From IMG/VR virus record IMGVR_UViG_3300045988_051183: a stretch of DNA of 45,953 nucleotides; one strand, given 5' to 3'. How positions within the stretch are numbered: the stretch's first letter is position 1; every line of letters begins with the position of its first letter. The notes under the pieces were generated by a model. That model searched no databases. It had not been told where the DNA came from and saw only the letters and a list, made by a program, of their open reading frames with translations. Made by a program: the position numbers and the translations under genes. The stretch comes from a virus. This document shows, piece by piece, positions 24,769-33,084 of this stretch.

Positions 24769-25362
24769 ATGGCATGGAAACTTTTACCTGTTGACTATAC
24801 GGACGCTGTGTGGGCTGGTTTGAAGCGATACAACCAGATTAACAATGAGGATGGTTCGGTATCCTTCCAGGACATTACGGCTTATACCGGGAAAGAGAAA
24901 TCTTTCTTCGGGGCAAAAGACGCTAACCGCATGAACGAAGCCCTCAACACCATTATGAGCATGGTGGAGAATGGCACTGACTTGTATACCGCTTTCCAGA
25001 ATTATTTTGCAGAGCAGAAAACTTTGTTTGAGCAGGAAGCTGATTCCAAAGCAACGGAGTTTGACAACTACACAGATAATCTGGAACAGGAATATAAGGC
25101 AAGCATGGCGGCTTTTGAGAGTCAGCAGCAGCAAATTTACAATGCCTGGTTCCAGGCTATGAAAGACCAGTTGAGTAAGGACGCTGCGGGCAACCTGCAA
25201 AATCAGTGTACTGAACTGGATGAGCGTTTGACTCTGCTTGAGCAGATGACAATGCAGAATGACTTCTCTGCTCCGCTTGCTACAGATGATGAAGCAATCA
25301 CTCTGATTGTGGATGACCTGGACTATGCGATTCTGGCAGATTGGAAATACAAGGAGGAATAA
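24769..25362 (+). CDS. Coiled-coil tail fibre protein
   Basis: Gln/Glu-rich heptad-like stretches. The start abuts the previous stop (TAAATG). Confidence 0.4.
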   Translation: MAWKLLPVDYTDAVWAGLKRYNQINNEDGSVSFQDITAYTGKEKSFFGAKDANRMNEALNTIMSMVENGTDLYTAFQNYFAEQKTLFEQEADSKATEFDNYTDNLEQEYKASMAAFESQQQQIYNAWFQAMKDQLSKDAAGNLQNQCTELDERLTLLEQMTMQNDFSAPLATDDEAITLIVDDLDYAILADWKYKEE

Positions 25363-25365
25363 AAG

Positions 25366-26247
25366 ATGGCAACTATTAGTGTTCAGACGAAAAAGTTTGC
25401 AGACCTGGAAGCGATTCTGTCCGTTACGGGTACTGAGCTGATGTTGATTCACGATGGTAACGGCGTAAAGGTCATTACCGTGAAGAATCTTCATAAGGGT
25501 TTGCAGACTGACATTGATTCAGTCAGAAATGTACTGGCTGATGGTGCAGGCGCACATAACAGTATCTATCGTGGTAAGAACCTGGGTACTTCTGTTACGG
25601 CAGAACAGTACAAGGCAATTTCCGATGGTACGTTTGCAGGTCTGTATGTTGGTGACTACTGGGTTATCAGCGGAGTGACTTACCGTATTGCAGGCTTTGA
25701 CTATTACCTGCATAACGGCGATACCGATACTACGAAGCACCATGTGGTGATTGTACCCGATGAGAGTATGGGTTCCGCTCAGATGAATACCACCAATGTC
25801 ACTACGGGCGGTTATGTCGGTTCGGCTATGTACAAGGCAAATCTGAATGCGGCTAAGACTAAAATCAAGTCTGCGTTCAGCGGTCATGTTCTTAGTCATC
25901 GTGTTTATCTGACGAATGCTGTATCTAACGGCGCACCTTCTGGCGGTGCATGGTTTGATAGCGAAGTTGAACTTATGACAGAACGCATGGTTTATGGCTG
26001 TCCTGTTCATTCTCCTATGGGTGACGGTCAGAAAGACCCGTGGAGCGCAATGCACAATTATACCGTGGAAAAATCTCAGCTTCCATTGTTCGCCCTCAAC
26101 CCGGCTGCGATTGCTACACGATATGATTACTGGCTGAGAGATGTGGTTACCGCCGCTACCTTCGCTCTTGTGAGCGACGACGGGCGTGCGGACATTAACG
26201 GCGCTTCGCACTCTTTTGGCGTTCGCCCCGCTTTCTGTATCTGTTAA
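25366..26247 (+). CDS. DGR target 1: tail fibre tip / receptor-binding protein with a C-terminal variable region
   Basis: It is the last structural gene. The C-terminus YWLRDVVTAATFALVSDDGRADINGASHSFGVRPAFCIC carries VR1. Confidence 0.85.
   Translation: MATISVQTKKFADLEAILSVTGTELMLIHDGNGVKVITVKNLHKGLQTDIDSVRNVLADGAGAHNSIYRGKNLGTSVTAEQYKAISDGTFAGLYVGDYWVISGVTYRIAGFDYYLHNGDTDTTKHHVVIVPDESMGSAQMNTTNVTTGGYVGSAMYKANLNAAKTKIKSAFSGHVLSHRVYLTNAVSNGAPSGGAWFDSEVELMTERMVYGCPVHSPMGDGQKDPWSAMHNYTVEKSQLPLFALNPAAIATRYDYWLRDVVTAATFALVSDDGRADINGASHSFGVRPAFCIC
26150..26235 (+). repeat. Variable repeat VR1
   Basis: Gapless 86-nt alignment to TR. There are 17 differences, 16 of them at TR adenines. Confidence 0.9.
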
Positions 26248-26255
26248 TCGAAAAT

Positions 26256-26278
26256 CTGCACCCCCTTGTGGGGTGCAG
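26256..26278 (+). promoter_or_regulatory. Hairpin downstream of VR1 (ctgcacccc CTTGT ggggtgcag)
   Basis: Perfect 9-bp stem and 5-nt loop, 20 nt after the VR1 end. Confidence 0.75.
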
Positions 26279-26296
26279 TAGAAAGGAACTAATGAA

Positions 26297-26932
26297 ATGT
26301 CAGTATTGAAAAGCAAACGGAAACCCTCTCAGTTTGAGGTGTTTCATCATCTCAATAAAGTTAGGAAAGAGGTTACTGATTTGCTGCTCCGTGACTTTGG
26401 CTACAGCAAACGAAAGGCGGCACAACGTCTTGAAAAGAAATTCAGCGGGCGAAGCTACGAAGAACTTACTGACGTTGAGAAAGAGATTTATGACCATTTC
26501 CGCAAACAGCAGGAAGCCTTTGACACCTGGTTCATTGAGGATGAGCGGAAAGCTGTAGTCGATTGTCTGAGGTCTATCGGTGAACACGTTTACACTGCGA
26601 ACAGCATTTATCCTACCTACTATGAAGAGTTGGTGGAGCGGCGTGTTCATCAAGACTTGGCAATCGGTCAATGTTACCGACTGGTACAAGAACTACAGTA
26701 TGCAATAGAAACTCTCCCAGTGGATGTTAATACTTTCTTGAGGTTCGGTGAGGACATTCAAAGAGAGATAGACCTTATCAAAGGTTGGCGTAAATCTGAT
26801 AACAAGTTCAAAGGGGCAATCTCTGCAACCGCCGCTAACTTCGCTAATGTGAACAACAACGGGAATGCGAACAATAACAACGCTTCTAACTCTAATGGCG
26901 TTCGCCCCGATTTCGATACTTCGATTAAATAG
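26297..26932 (+). CDS. avd: Accessory variability determinant (Avd-like four-helix-bundle protein); the ORF reads through TR
   Basis: Located between target and RT. ANSIYPTYYEELVERRVHQDLAIGQCYRLVQELQ and LIKGWRKSD are typical Avd-like segments. The last roughly 35 codons are TR read in VR phase. Confidence 0.7.
   Translation: MSVLKSKRKPSQFEVFHHLNKVRKEVTDLLLRDFGYSKRKAAQRLEKKFSGRSYEELTDVEKEIYDHFRKQQEAFDTWFIEDERKAVVDCLRSIGEHVYTANSIYPTYYEELVERRVHQDLAIGQCYRLVQELQYAIETLPVDVNTFLRFGEDIQREIDLIKGWRKSDNKFKGAISATAANFANVNNNGNANNNNASNSNGVRPDFDTSIK
26829..26914 (+). repeat. Template repeat TR
   Basis: 25 adenines arranged as 12 AAY codons plus one. The non-A positions are 60/61 and 59/61 identical to VR1 and VR2. 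Confidence 0.9.
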
Positions 26933-26978
26933 CCACTTGAGCGTTTCGGAGTAAGAGAAAGGAGAGGTTGTCCTTCCT

Positions 26979-28181
26979 ATGATGGTAAATACCAAACACG
27001 ATACTACTTCTTACGAGAATTGTAGTTGTCAACGTGAAATATATGACGGCAATGCGTTGTATGACGCTTATCTTAGAGCAAAGAGTGGGAGTGATTGGAA
27101 ACCGCAGGTTCAGCGGTATGAAATGGCATATCTTCTGGACTTGTCCAAAATGCAAAGAGAGTTGAAAGAACATACCTACGAATTTCAACCCTGTAGTAGT
27201 TTCCCTCTGAATGAACGGGGTAAGACCCGCTTTATTACGGGCGAACAGATACGGGATAGAATTGCCAAACATTCTTTATGTGATGAAGTCTTGACTCCCG
27301 CAATTAAAGACCACCTCATCTACGATAATGGCGCAAGCCAGAAAGGTAAAGGAATTGACTTTACCCGCCGCAGGTTGGAAGCGCACCTGCACAGGTTCTT
27401 CCGGGAGAATCAGAGCAACAATGGTTATATCTTGCTGATGGATTTCTCAAAGTACTATGACAACATTCGACATGACAAACTCATGGAGTTGTTTGAAAAG
27501 TACGTTGATGACGATACAGCACTCTGGTTCCTGGAAAAGATTGTAGACAATGAGAAGGTGGATGTGTCCTACATGAGTGATGAGGAATATGAGTCCGCTA
27601 TGGACGATGTATTTAATTCACTGGAACATGAAAAGGTTGATAAGAGTCTGCTGACCGGGAAGAAGTTCTTGCGAAAGCACTTGAACATTGGTGACCAGGT
27701 AGCGCAGGACGCAGGGATTGCTTATCCCATACCGATTGACAACTACATAAAGATTGTAAAAGGCGTGAAATTTTATGGCAGATACATGGATGACAGTTAT
27801 GTGATTCACAAGGATAAGGAGTTTCTGAAAGGGCTGCTTATAGAGATTGTGGAAATCGCACATGACCTGGGTATTACCGTGAATCTTCGGAAAACCAGAA
27901 TATGCAAACTGTCTGAAATGTGGAGGTTTCTACAGATTCAGTATTCGCTTACCGATACCGGGCGGGTGATTCACAAGATTCATCCGAAGCGGCTTACAGG
28001 TATGAGAAGAAAGGCTAAGAAACTGGTACTCATTCTCTCAGAGAAGGATTTCGATGACTGGTTTAGGTCATGGTTCAATGGTCACTGCCACTACATGAGC
28101 AAGCTACAAAGGTCAAATATGTTAGACCTTTGCAAGAAATTAAAGGAGGAACACTACTATGGTAAAACTGATTTTAGCTGA
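26979..28181 (+). CDS. DGR reverse transcriptase
   Basis: LLMDFSKYYDNI (motif A), YGRYMDDSYVI (YMDD), SQKGKGIDF, and LNIGDQVAQ resembling the DGR-type [LIV]GxxxSQ motif. Confidence 0.9.
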   Translation: MMVNTKHDTTSYENCSCQREIYDGNALYDAYLRAKSGSDWKPQVQRYEMAYLLDLSKMQRELKEHTYEFQPCSSFPLNERGKTRFITGEQIRDRIAKHSLCDEVLTPAIKDHLIYDNGASQKGKGIDFTRRRLEAHLHRFFRENQSNNGYILLMDFSKYYDNIRHDKLMELFEKYVDDDTALWFLEKIVDNEKVDVSYMSDEEYESAMDDVFNSLEHEKVDKSLLTGKKFLRKHLNIGDQVAQDAGIAYPIPIDNYIKIVKGVKFYGRYMDDSYVIHKDKEFLKGLLIEIVEIAHDLGITVNLRKTRICKLSEMWRFLQIQYSLTDTGRVIHKIHPKRLTGMRRKAKKLVLILSEKDFDDWFRSWFNGHCHYMSKLQRSNMLDLCKKLKEEHYYGKTDFS

Positions 28182-28461
28182 CGGCACTGAACTCAAGGGC
28201 TTCAAGCAGAATGGTAACAACTATGTCAGCAAGACTGAGGTTGATGTGTCCGTGTTTGAGGACAATCTGTCCACTCTTACGATTGTGGACGGTGACACTC
28301 AGATGGTCATGCACAACGCTGAACTGATTCAGCAGGTTCAGTATGCTGACGGTTGGTATCTCTGCTTCCGTGAAAAGACTGAGCAGGAAATGCGCTATGC
28401 TGAACTTATGGGCAAATTTGAGTACCTGGCGATGATGACTGGCGTGGATATGGAGGTGTAA
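28159..28461 (+). CDS. Hypothetical protein (100 aa)
   Basis: AAAGGAGGA SD; overlaps the RT 3' end by 23 nt. Confidence 0.55.
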   Translation: MVKLILADGTELKGFKQNGNNYVSKTEVDVSVFEDNLSTLTIVDGDTQMVMHNAELIQQVQYADGWYLCFREKTEQEMRYAELMGKFEYLAMMTGVDMEV

Positions 28462-28464
28462 ATC

Positions 28465-28614
28465 ATGGAACACAGCAAGAATTTCAAGAAGGTTAAGGAG
28501 TTCTACAAAAACGGTATCTGGTCTAAAAAGATGACGTGGAACGCAGTAGGCAAGTGGATTACCCCGGAAGAGTATAAGGAAATCACCGGGGAGGATTACA
28601 ACAAGGAGGGCTAA
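28465..28614 (+). CDS. XkdX-family small protein (49 aa)
   Basis: Hand translation gives MEHSKNFKKVKEFYKNGIWSKKMTWNAVGKWITPEEYKEITGEDYNKEG, which matches the XkdX pattern. Confidence 0.65.
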   Translation: MEHSKNFKKVKEFYKNGIWSKKMTWNAVGKWITPEEYKEITGEDYNKEG

Positions 28615-28618
28615 GATT

Positions 28619-29047
28619 ATGAAAGAATGGATTTGTACTGCAATCGGAGTTGCGGGTAGCTTCATTGCTTCCCTGTTTGGCGGTTGGGACGCTGCTCTGG
28701 CAACCCTGGTTATCTTCATGGCGATTGACTATGTTACAGGTCTGATTGTCGCAGGCGTGTTCCATAACAGCGGTAAGACTGAGAATGGTGCGCTTGAGAG
28801 CCGTGCAGGTTGGAAGGGACTGTGCCGCAAGGGTGTTTCTCTTTTGGTGGTTCTGGTTGCCTGCCGCCTGGATTTAATTACTGGCACTAATTTTATTCGT
28901 GACGCTGTGGTTATTGCATTCGTGGCAAACGAAACTATCTCCATCGTGGAAAACGCAGGACTTATGGGTATCAATATTCCCCCGGCTATTACTGCCGCAA
29001 TCGAAGTACTCAAGAAGAAGTCCGATACTGACAGCGGCGCAAACTAA
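28619..29047 (+). CDS. Holin (phage_holin_4 / LL-H-like)
   Basis: Three hydrophobic segments, DYVTGLIVAG..GLCRKG, and a position upstream of the endolysin. Confidence 0.8.
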   Translation: MKEWICTAIGVAGSFIASLFGGWDAALATLVIFMAIDYVTGLIVAGVFHNSGKTENGALESRAGWKGLCRKGVSLLVVLVACRLDLITGTNFIRDAVVIAFVANETISIVENAGLMGINIPPAITAAIEVLKKKSDTDSGAN

Positions 29048-29051
29048 GGCG

Positions 29052-29075
29052 GGAGAGAGGGTTCGCCCTCTCTCT
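29052..29075 (+). promoter_or_regulatory. Perfect 10-bp hairpin with a TTCG tetraloop between holin and endolysin
   Basis: ggagagaggg ttcg ccctctctcc. No U-tract follows. Confidence 0.7.
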
Positions 29076-29096
29076 CCTATAAAGGAGTGATGACCT

Positions 29097-30506
29097 ATGA
29101 CTATCCAGGGGTTTATTGACAGTATTGCCGGGTACATTAAGAAATATGCTGCCGCTTACAATGTATGCGTGTTCAGCCCGATTATTGCCCAGGCGATTCT
29201 TGAGAGTAACAAAGGTACGTCTGAACTGGCAGTCAACGCTCATAACTACTTTGGCTTGAAGTATCGCAAAGGACGCTGCAAGACCTGCGTGGGTGTTTAC
29301 CACAAAGTAGGCAGTGAGCAGAACCCAGACGGAACCTACACCAGTTCCACTATGGAATGGTGCAAGTTTGGAAGCATGGAGGATGGTGTTATCGGGTATT
29401 TCGATTTTACCAACATTTCTGCCTATTCCAATTTGAAGGGTGTGACTGACCCCAGACAGTACCTTGAGAATATCAAAGCTGACGGGTATGCAACCTCTCT
29501 GAAATATGTGGACAACCTTATGGCTGTCATTGAGAGGTATGACCTTACCCGATATGACAAGGAGGAAATGAAAATGAGTAACAGTTCTCTGGTGTCCTAC
29601 ACCAAAATCTCACCTAACAAAAACAGTCCCCGCAATCATGTGATTGACCGTATTACCCCGCACTGTGTAGTCGGTCAGCTTTCTGCGGAGAGTATCTGCG
29701 GTTGCTTCACCAGTCCTTCCCGGCAGGCAAGCTGCAACTACGGTATCGGTTATGACGGCAGAATCTCTCTATGTGTGGAAGAGAAAGACCGCTCCTGGTG
29801 TTCTTCCAGTTCTGCGAATGACCATCGTGCCGTGACCATCGAATGTGCGTCTGACAAGACTCACCCTTACGCTATGACGAACGCTGTATATGCTTCCCTC
29901 ATCAACCTTTGCGTGGACATTTGCAAGCGCAACGGTAAAAAGAAGCTGCTCTGGTTCGGTGACAAGAACAAGACCCTGGCGTACAGTCCGAAGTCTGATG
30001 AGATGGTTCTGACGGTACATAGATGGTTTGCAAATAAGTCTTGCCCTGGTGATTGGCTCTATTCCCGTATGGGTGACCTGGCGGCAAAGGTTACTGCCCG
30101 TCTGGGCGGCAGCACTGCCGAAGAGAAGCCTGCAAGCACCACACTGTACCGTGTCCGTAAGACCTGGGCTGATAGTGCTTCTCAGAAGGGTGCATTCTCT
30201 TCTCTGGCGAATGCGAAAGCCTGTGCAGACAAGAACCCCGGCTACAAGGTGTTTGATGGTTCGGGTAATGCTGTGTACCCTGCGGAGAGCAAGCCTGCAT
30301 TCTCTCCGTATAGAGTGAAGGTTACAGCTTCGGTTCTGAATATCCGTAAGGGTGCAGGTACGAACTACGCACTGGCGGGTGCTATCCGTGACGGTGGAGT
30401 TTATACCATCGTGCAGGAAAGCACTGGGCAGGGAGCAACGAAGTGGGGTAAGCTGAAATCTGGTGCAGGGTGGATTTCCCTGGACTACACCACGAAGGTA
30501 TCATAA
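29097..30506 (+). CDS. Multidomain endolysin (glucosaminidase, N-acetylmuramoyl-L-alanine amidase, SH3-like binding repeats)
   Basis: AQAILESNKGTSELAVNAHNYFGLKY (glucosaminidase-like); an amidase_2-like middle region; C-terminal YRVKVTASVLNIRKGAGTNY..WGKLKSGAGWISLDY (SH3-like). Confidence 0.9.
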   Translation: MTIQGFIDSIAGYIKKYAAAYNVCVFSPIIAQAILESNKGTSELAVNAHNYFGLKYRKGRCKTCVGVYHKVGSEQNPDGTYTSSTMEWCKFGSMEDGVIGYFDFTNISAYSNLKGVTDPRQYLENIKADGYATSLKYVDNLMAVIERYDLTRYDKEEMKMSNSSLVSYTKISPNKNSPRNHVIDRITPHCVVGQLSAESICGCFTSPSRQASCNYGIGYDGRISLCVEEKDRSWCSSSSANDHRAVTIECASDKTHPYAMTNAVYASLINLCVDICKRNGKKKLLWFGDKNKTLAYSPKSDEMVLTVHRWFANKSCPGDWLYSRMGDLAAKVTARLGGSTAEEKPASTTLYRVRKTWADSASQKGAFSSLANAKACADKNPGYKVFDGSGNAVYPAESKPAFSPYRVKVTASVLNIRKGAGTNYALAGAIRDGGVYTIVQESTGQGATKWGKLKSGAGWISLDYTTKVS

Positions 30507-32086
30507 TCCCAGAATCGCTTCCAGGAATGTGACTTCAATCTACAGTGGAACGTGTGAATTAACAGGTTTCCTGTGATTGTTGGATTTGCACTCATACCTG
30601 GTGCATTGGAAGTGAAATCCGACAACGTGCCGCCTTTGTTTAGGCGGTACGTTTTTGTCGGTAAAGAGGTTAGATTATAAGCAACGGTGACCTTATAGGT
30701 ATTATCGTCCTCATCCCATACAGTGACGGAGTTTACGAAAAGGTCAATGAGCATACGGCAGAACTCTTCATCTTCAATACTGCCGCCCCGAAACTGTTCT
30801 AACCAATAAATAACCTGGGCTTTGTCCAGTTCAACAATATCCTCAGATTCTTTCTTAGCCTGTGCTTGCAGGTCTTTCTTTTCTTTCTCTAATTCACCCA
30901 TACGCTTCACAAGCATATCTGGGGCTGACCCGGATTCAATAGCTTTGAGAAGATGGTTGAGAGATAAGTCTACCTGGTGAATACGGTCACGAATAGTTGG
31001 GAGGGCTGAATCCAGTTCAATCTCATGCTGATTCTTCTCACAGGCAATAGTAGCAATCTGTTCTATATATTCATCCGTAAGGAGTGATAGAGCGTCCTGG
31101 GCAACCAGTCTTTCTATGAACTCCTTACGGATATTCTTTTTCTTGCAGTCAACATTGCCGTTCTTCTTTCCGTAACACTGATAGTAACAGTAGTTTCCTG
31201 CATTGCAATTTCCGTTCATTTTACTACCACAATGTCCGCAGAAGATTTTACCACTAAGCAGGTAGACTACTTTTGCTTTGTTCCGGGCAGGTGCATTTTT
31301 AATCTTACCGACTCTAAGTTGCACCCTGTCCCAGAGGTCTTTGTCAATTATAGCAGGTATAGCGTCCTCTGCCCGGTAGTCATGAAAGGTATAAACTCCG
31401 ATGTACCTCTCATTACGGAATATTTTGGTGAAAGAACTCTTTCCGAAAGCTGTACCCTTTGAGGTTTTGTATCCACGGGCATTAAACTGACGGCAGATTT
31501 CAGCAACCGTTTCTCCGTCTGCATATTTCTCAAAGGCTTCTTTTACAATGGGAGCCGTTTTAGGGTCTATTACCAGTTTCTTATCTTCAATCTTATATCC
31601 CAGAGGAATTGCCCCTCCTATAGAGTTATGCTTATAGGCTGACTCTCTCATACCACGGTTAATTTTCTGGGATAGTTCGGCACTGTAGAACTCAGCCATA
31701 CCTTCAAGCACGGATTCCAGAATGATACCTTCCGGGTCATTGCTGATATTCTCTGTGGCAGATATAAGCTGCACCCCGTTACGCTTCAAGCGATATTTGT
31801 AGGTGGCTGAGTCATACCGGGAACGGGCGAAGCGGTCAAGTTTGTATACGATTACAGCGTCAAACAAGCCCTTCTCAGAGTCCTTTATCATCTTGAGGAA
31901 CTGGACTCTCTTCTCTATATCCTTACTGGCAGATGTGGCTCTGTCAGCATATATCTCTACAATTCTAATATTATGCCGCTTGCAGAAGTCACGGCAAACA
32001 CGGGTCTGCCCTTCAATGGATTGCTCAGTCTGGTTATGGCTTGAGAATCTAACGTATAGGCAGGCTGTTTTTATATCCTCATACAT
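30485..32086 (-). CDS. int: Large serine recombinase (integrase)
   Basis: N-terminal ACLYVRFSSHNQ..SIEGQ catalytic serine region, a recombinase domain, a Cys-rich zinc ribbon (CGHCGSKM..CYYQC) and a coiled coil. Confidence 0.9.
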   Translation of the reverse strand: MYEDIKTACLYVRFSSHNQTEQSIEGQTRVCRDFCKRHNIRIVEIYADRATSASKDIEKRVQFLKMIKDSEKGLFDAVIVYKLDRFARSRYDSATYKYRLKRNGVQLISATENISNDPEGIILESVLEGMAEFYSAELSQKINRGMRESAYKHNSIGGAIPLGYKIEDKKLVIDPKTAPIVKEAFEKYADGETVAEICRQFNARGYKTSKGTAFGKSSFTKIFRNERYIGVYTFHDYRAEDAIPAIIDKDLWDRVQLRVGKIKNAPARNKAKVVYLLSGKIFCGHCGSKMNGNCNAGNYCYYQCYGKKNGNVDCKKKNIRKEFIERLVAQDALSLLTDEYIEQIATIACEKNQHEIELDSALPTIRDRIHQVDLSLNHLLKAIESGSAPDMLVKRMGELEKEKKDLQAQAKKESEDIVELDKAQVIYWLEQFRGGSIEDEEFCRMLIDLFVNSVTVWDEDDNTYKVTVAYNLTSLPTKTYRLNKGGTLSDFTSNAPGMSANPTITGNLLIHTFHCRLKSHSWKRFWDYDTFVV

Positions 32087-32113
32087 GGTTCTTCCTCCAC
32101 TCTACAAAATCAA

Positions 32114-32461
32114 TCACCCGGCACTTTCGTTGTCCCCTTTTCGCTTCTCACACATACAGGTAGTAATAATGTTGAATCTACCTTGTGGGGTAGCGGAACG
32201 GAATGCATCAAGCAGTAATTGCTCTTCTTCTGTTAGGGAAATCTCTACTTTTGGGTATGGTGAATCAGATAAACAGAATAAATAATCAGTAGAAACGTGA
32301 AAATATTTAGCCAGTCTTAGTACGGCTTCGGCACTGGGCGCATAAGTTCCCTTTTTCCATTTGCTAAAACTGCCATTAGATATACCTGTAGCAGCTTCAA
32401 GGGCTTTTACTGTTAATCCCGACTGTTTTTGTAACTCCAAAATGCGTTCTAAGGTATCCAT
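32114..32461 (-). CDS. cI-like repressor (XRE-family HTH)
   Basis: SGLTVKALEAATGISNGSFSKWKKG looks like an HTH. It is divergent from the early operon and directly upstream of int. Confidence 0.8.
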   Translation of the reverse strand: MDTLERILELQKQSGLTVKALEAATGISNGSFSKWKKGTYAPSAEAVLRLAKYFHVSTDYLFCLSDSPYPKVEISLTEEEQLLLDAFRSATPQGRFNIITTCMCEKRKGDNESAG

Positions 32462-32506
32462 AAGAACCCTCCTAAAAATAAATTTGGGAAAACTCTAAAA
32501 TACCTG

Positions 32507-32535
32507 TTGACAATTTGGGAATTCTCTACTATACT
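32507..32535 (+). promoter_or_regulatory. Early rightward promoter (PR-like)
   Basis: TTGACA at 32507-32512, a 17-nt spacer, then TATACT at 32530-32535. It is overlapped by a repeat of aatttgggaaNNctcta. Confidence 0.6.
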
Positions 32536-32710
32536 GAGTATGTCAACAAAAGTTGTTTACAGGGTATAAGAAATAGCCCCTCCGGGCTGTAAATTTTACC
32601 CCGCAGAGTTTTCAATGGTATATGGGTGTGGTAGCTTCATTATAACCTTTGAAGAGTCTGTTGTCAACTTTAGTTTACAAGATTCTAATATGAAAGGAGG
32701 AAGCGAAAAC

Positions 32711-32935
32711 GTGGAGGAACGTGAAAACATTCGTGAGCGGCTTAAAAAGCACAAGCTGTCTTACGTCTGGTTGATTGGTCAGCTTGCCTTGCGGGGTATT
32801 GTGACTGATAAGACAGAGATGAGTTCAGTAATTTCGGGAACCAGAAACGGTACTAAAGCGGACGCAATCATTGAATTGTCCATAGATATTCTGGACAAGT
32901 ATGAGAATGGTTCCGTCCTCGTTGATGGGGCTTAA
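32711..32935 (+). CDS. Cro-like / early regulator (start uncertain)
   Basis: GTG 32711 follows AAAGGAGGA. It is the first gene of the rightward operon. Confidence 0.5.
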   Translation: MEERENIRERLKKHKLSYVWLIGQLALRGIVTDKTEMSSVISGTRNGTKADAIIELSIDILDKYENGSVLVDGA

Positions 32936-33084
32936 TGCTTCGCACATTAGAAGGAAGCGCACTTTGTTCTGTCCTTGCTGACAGGGTAAAGGAATACTTC
33001 AAAGATGAGGAAAACCGCAAGAAGTTTGAAATCTGGTATCAAGAAAAATACGGTAAGCCGTACAAGTGGAGGAAAACACAATGA
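32935..33084 (+). CDS. Hypothetical small protein (49 aa)
   Basis: TAATG coupling upstream and ATGA coupling downstream. Hand translation gives MLRTLEGSALCSVLADRVKEYFKDEENRKKFEIWYQEKYGKPYKWRKTQ. Confidence 0.45.
   Translation: MLRTLEGSALCSVLADRVKEYFKDEENRKKFEIWYQEKYGKPYKWRKTQ

Larger units (their letters stand above)
25366..28181 (+). mobile_element. Diversity-generating retroelement cassette (target, avd, TR, RT)
   Basis: See the individual features below: adenine-specific TR/VR differences plus a YMDD reverse transcriptase. Confidence 0.9.

Noticed and set aside
24784-26316. Minus-strand ORFs of 236 aa (24784-25494) and 265 aa (25519-26316)
   Set aside because: Both are antisense to the tail fibre genes and to DGR target 1. 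Neither has an SD or a recognisable domain. The sense-strand genes are well supported by coupling and by the VR.
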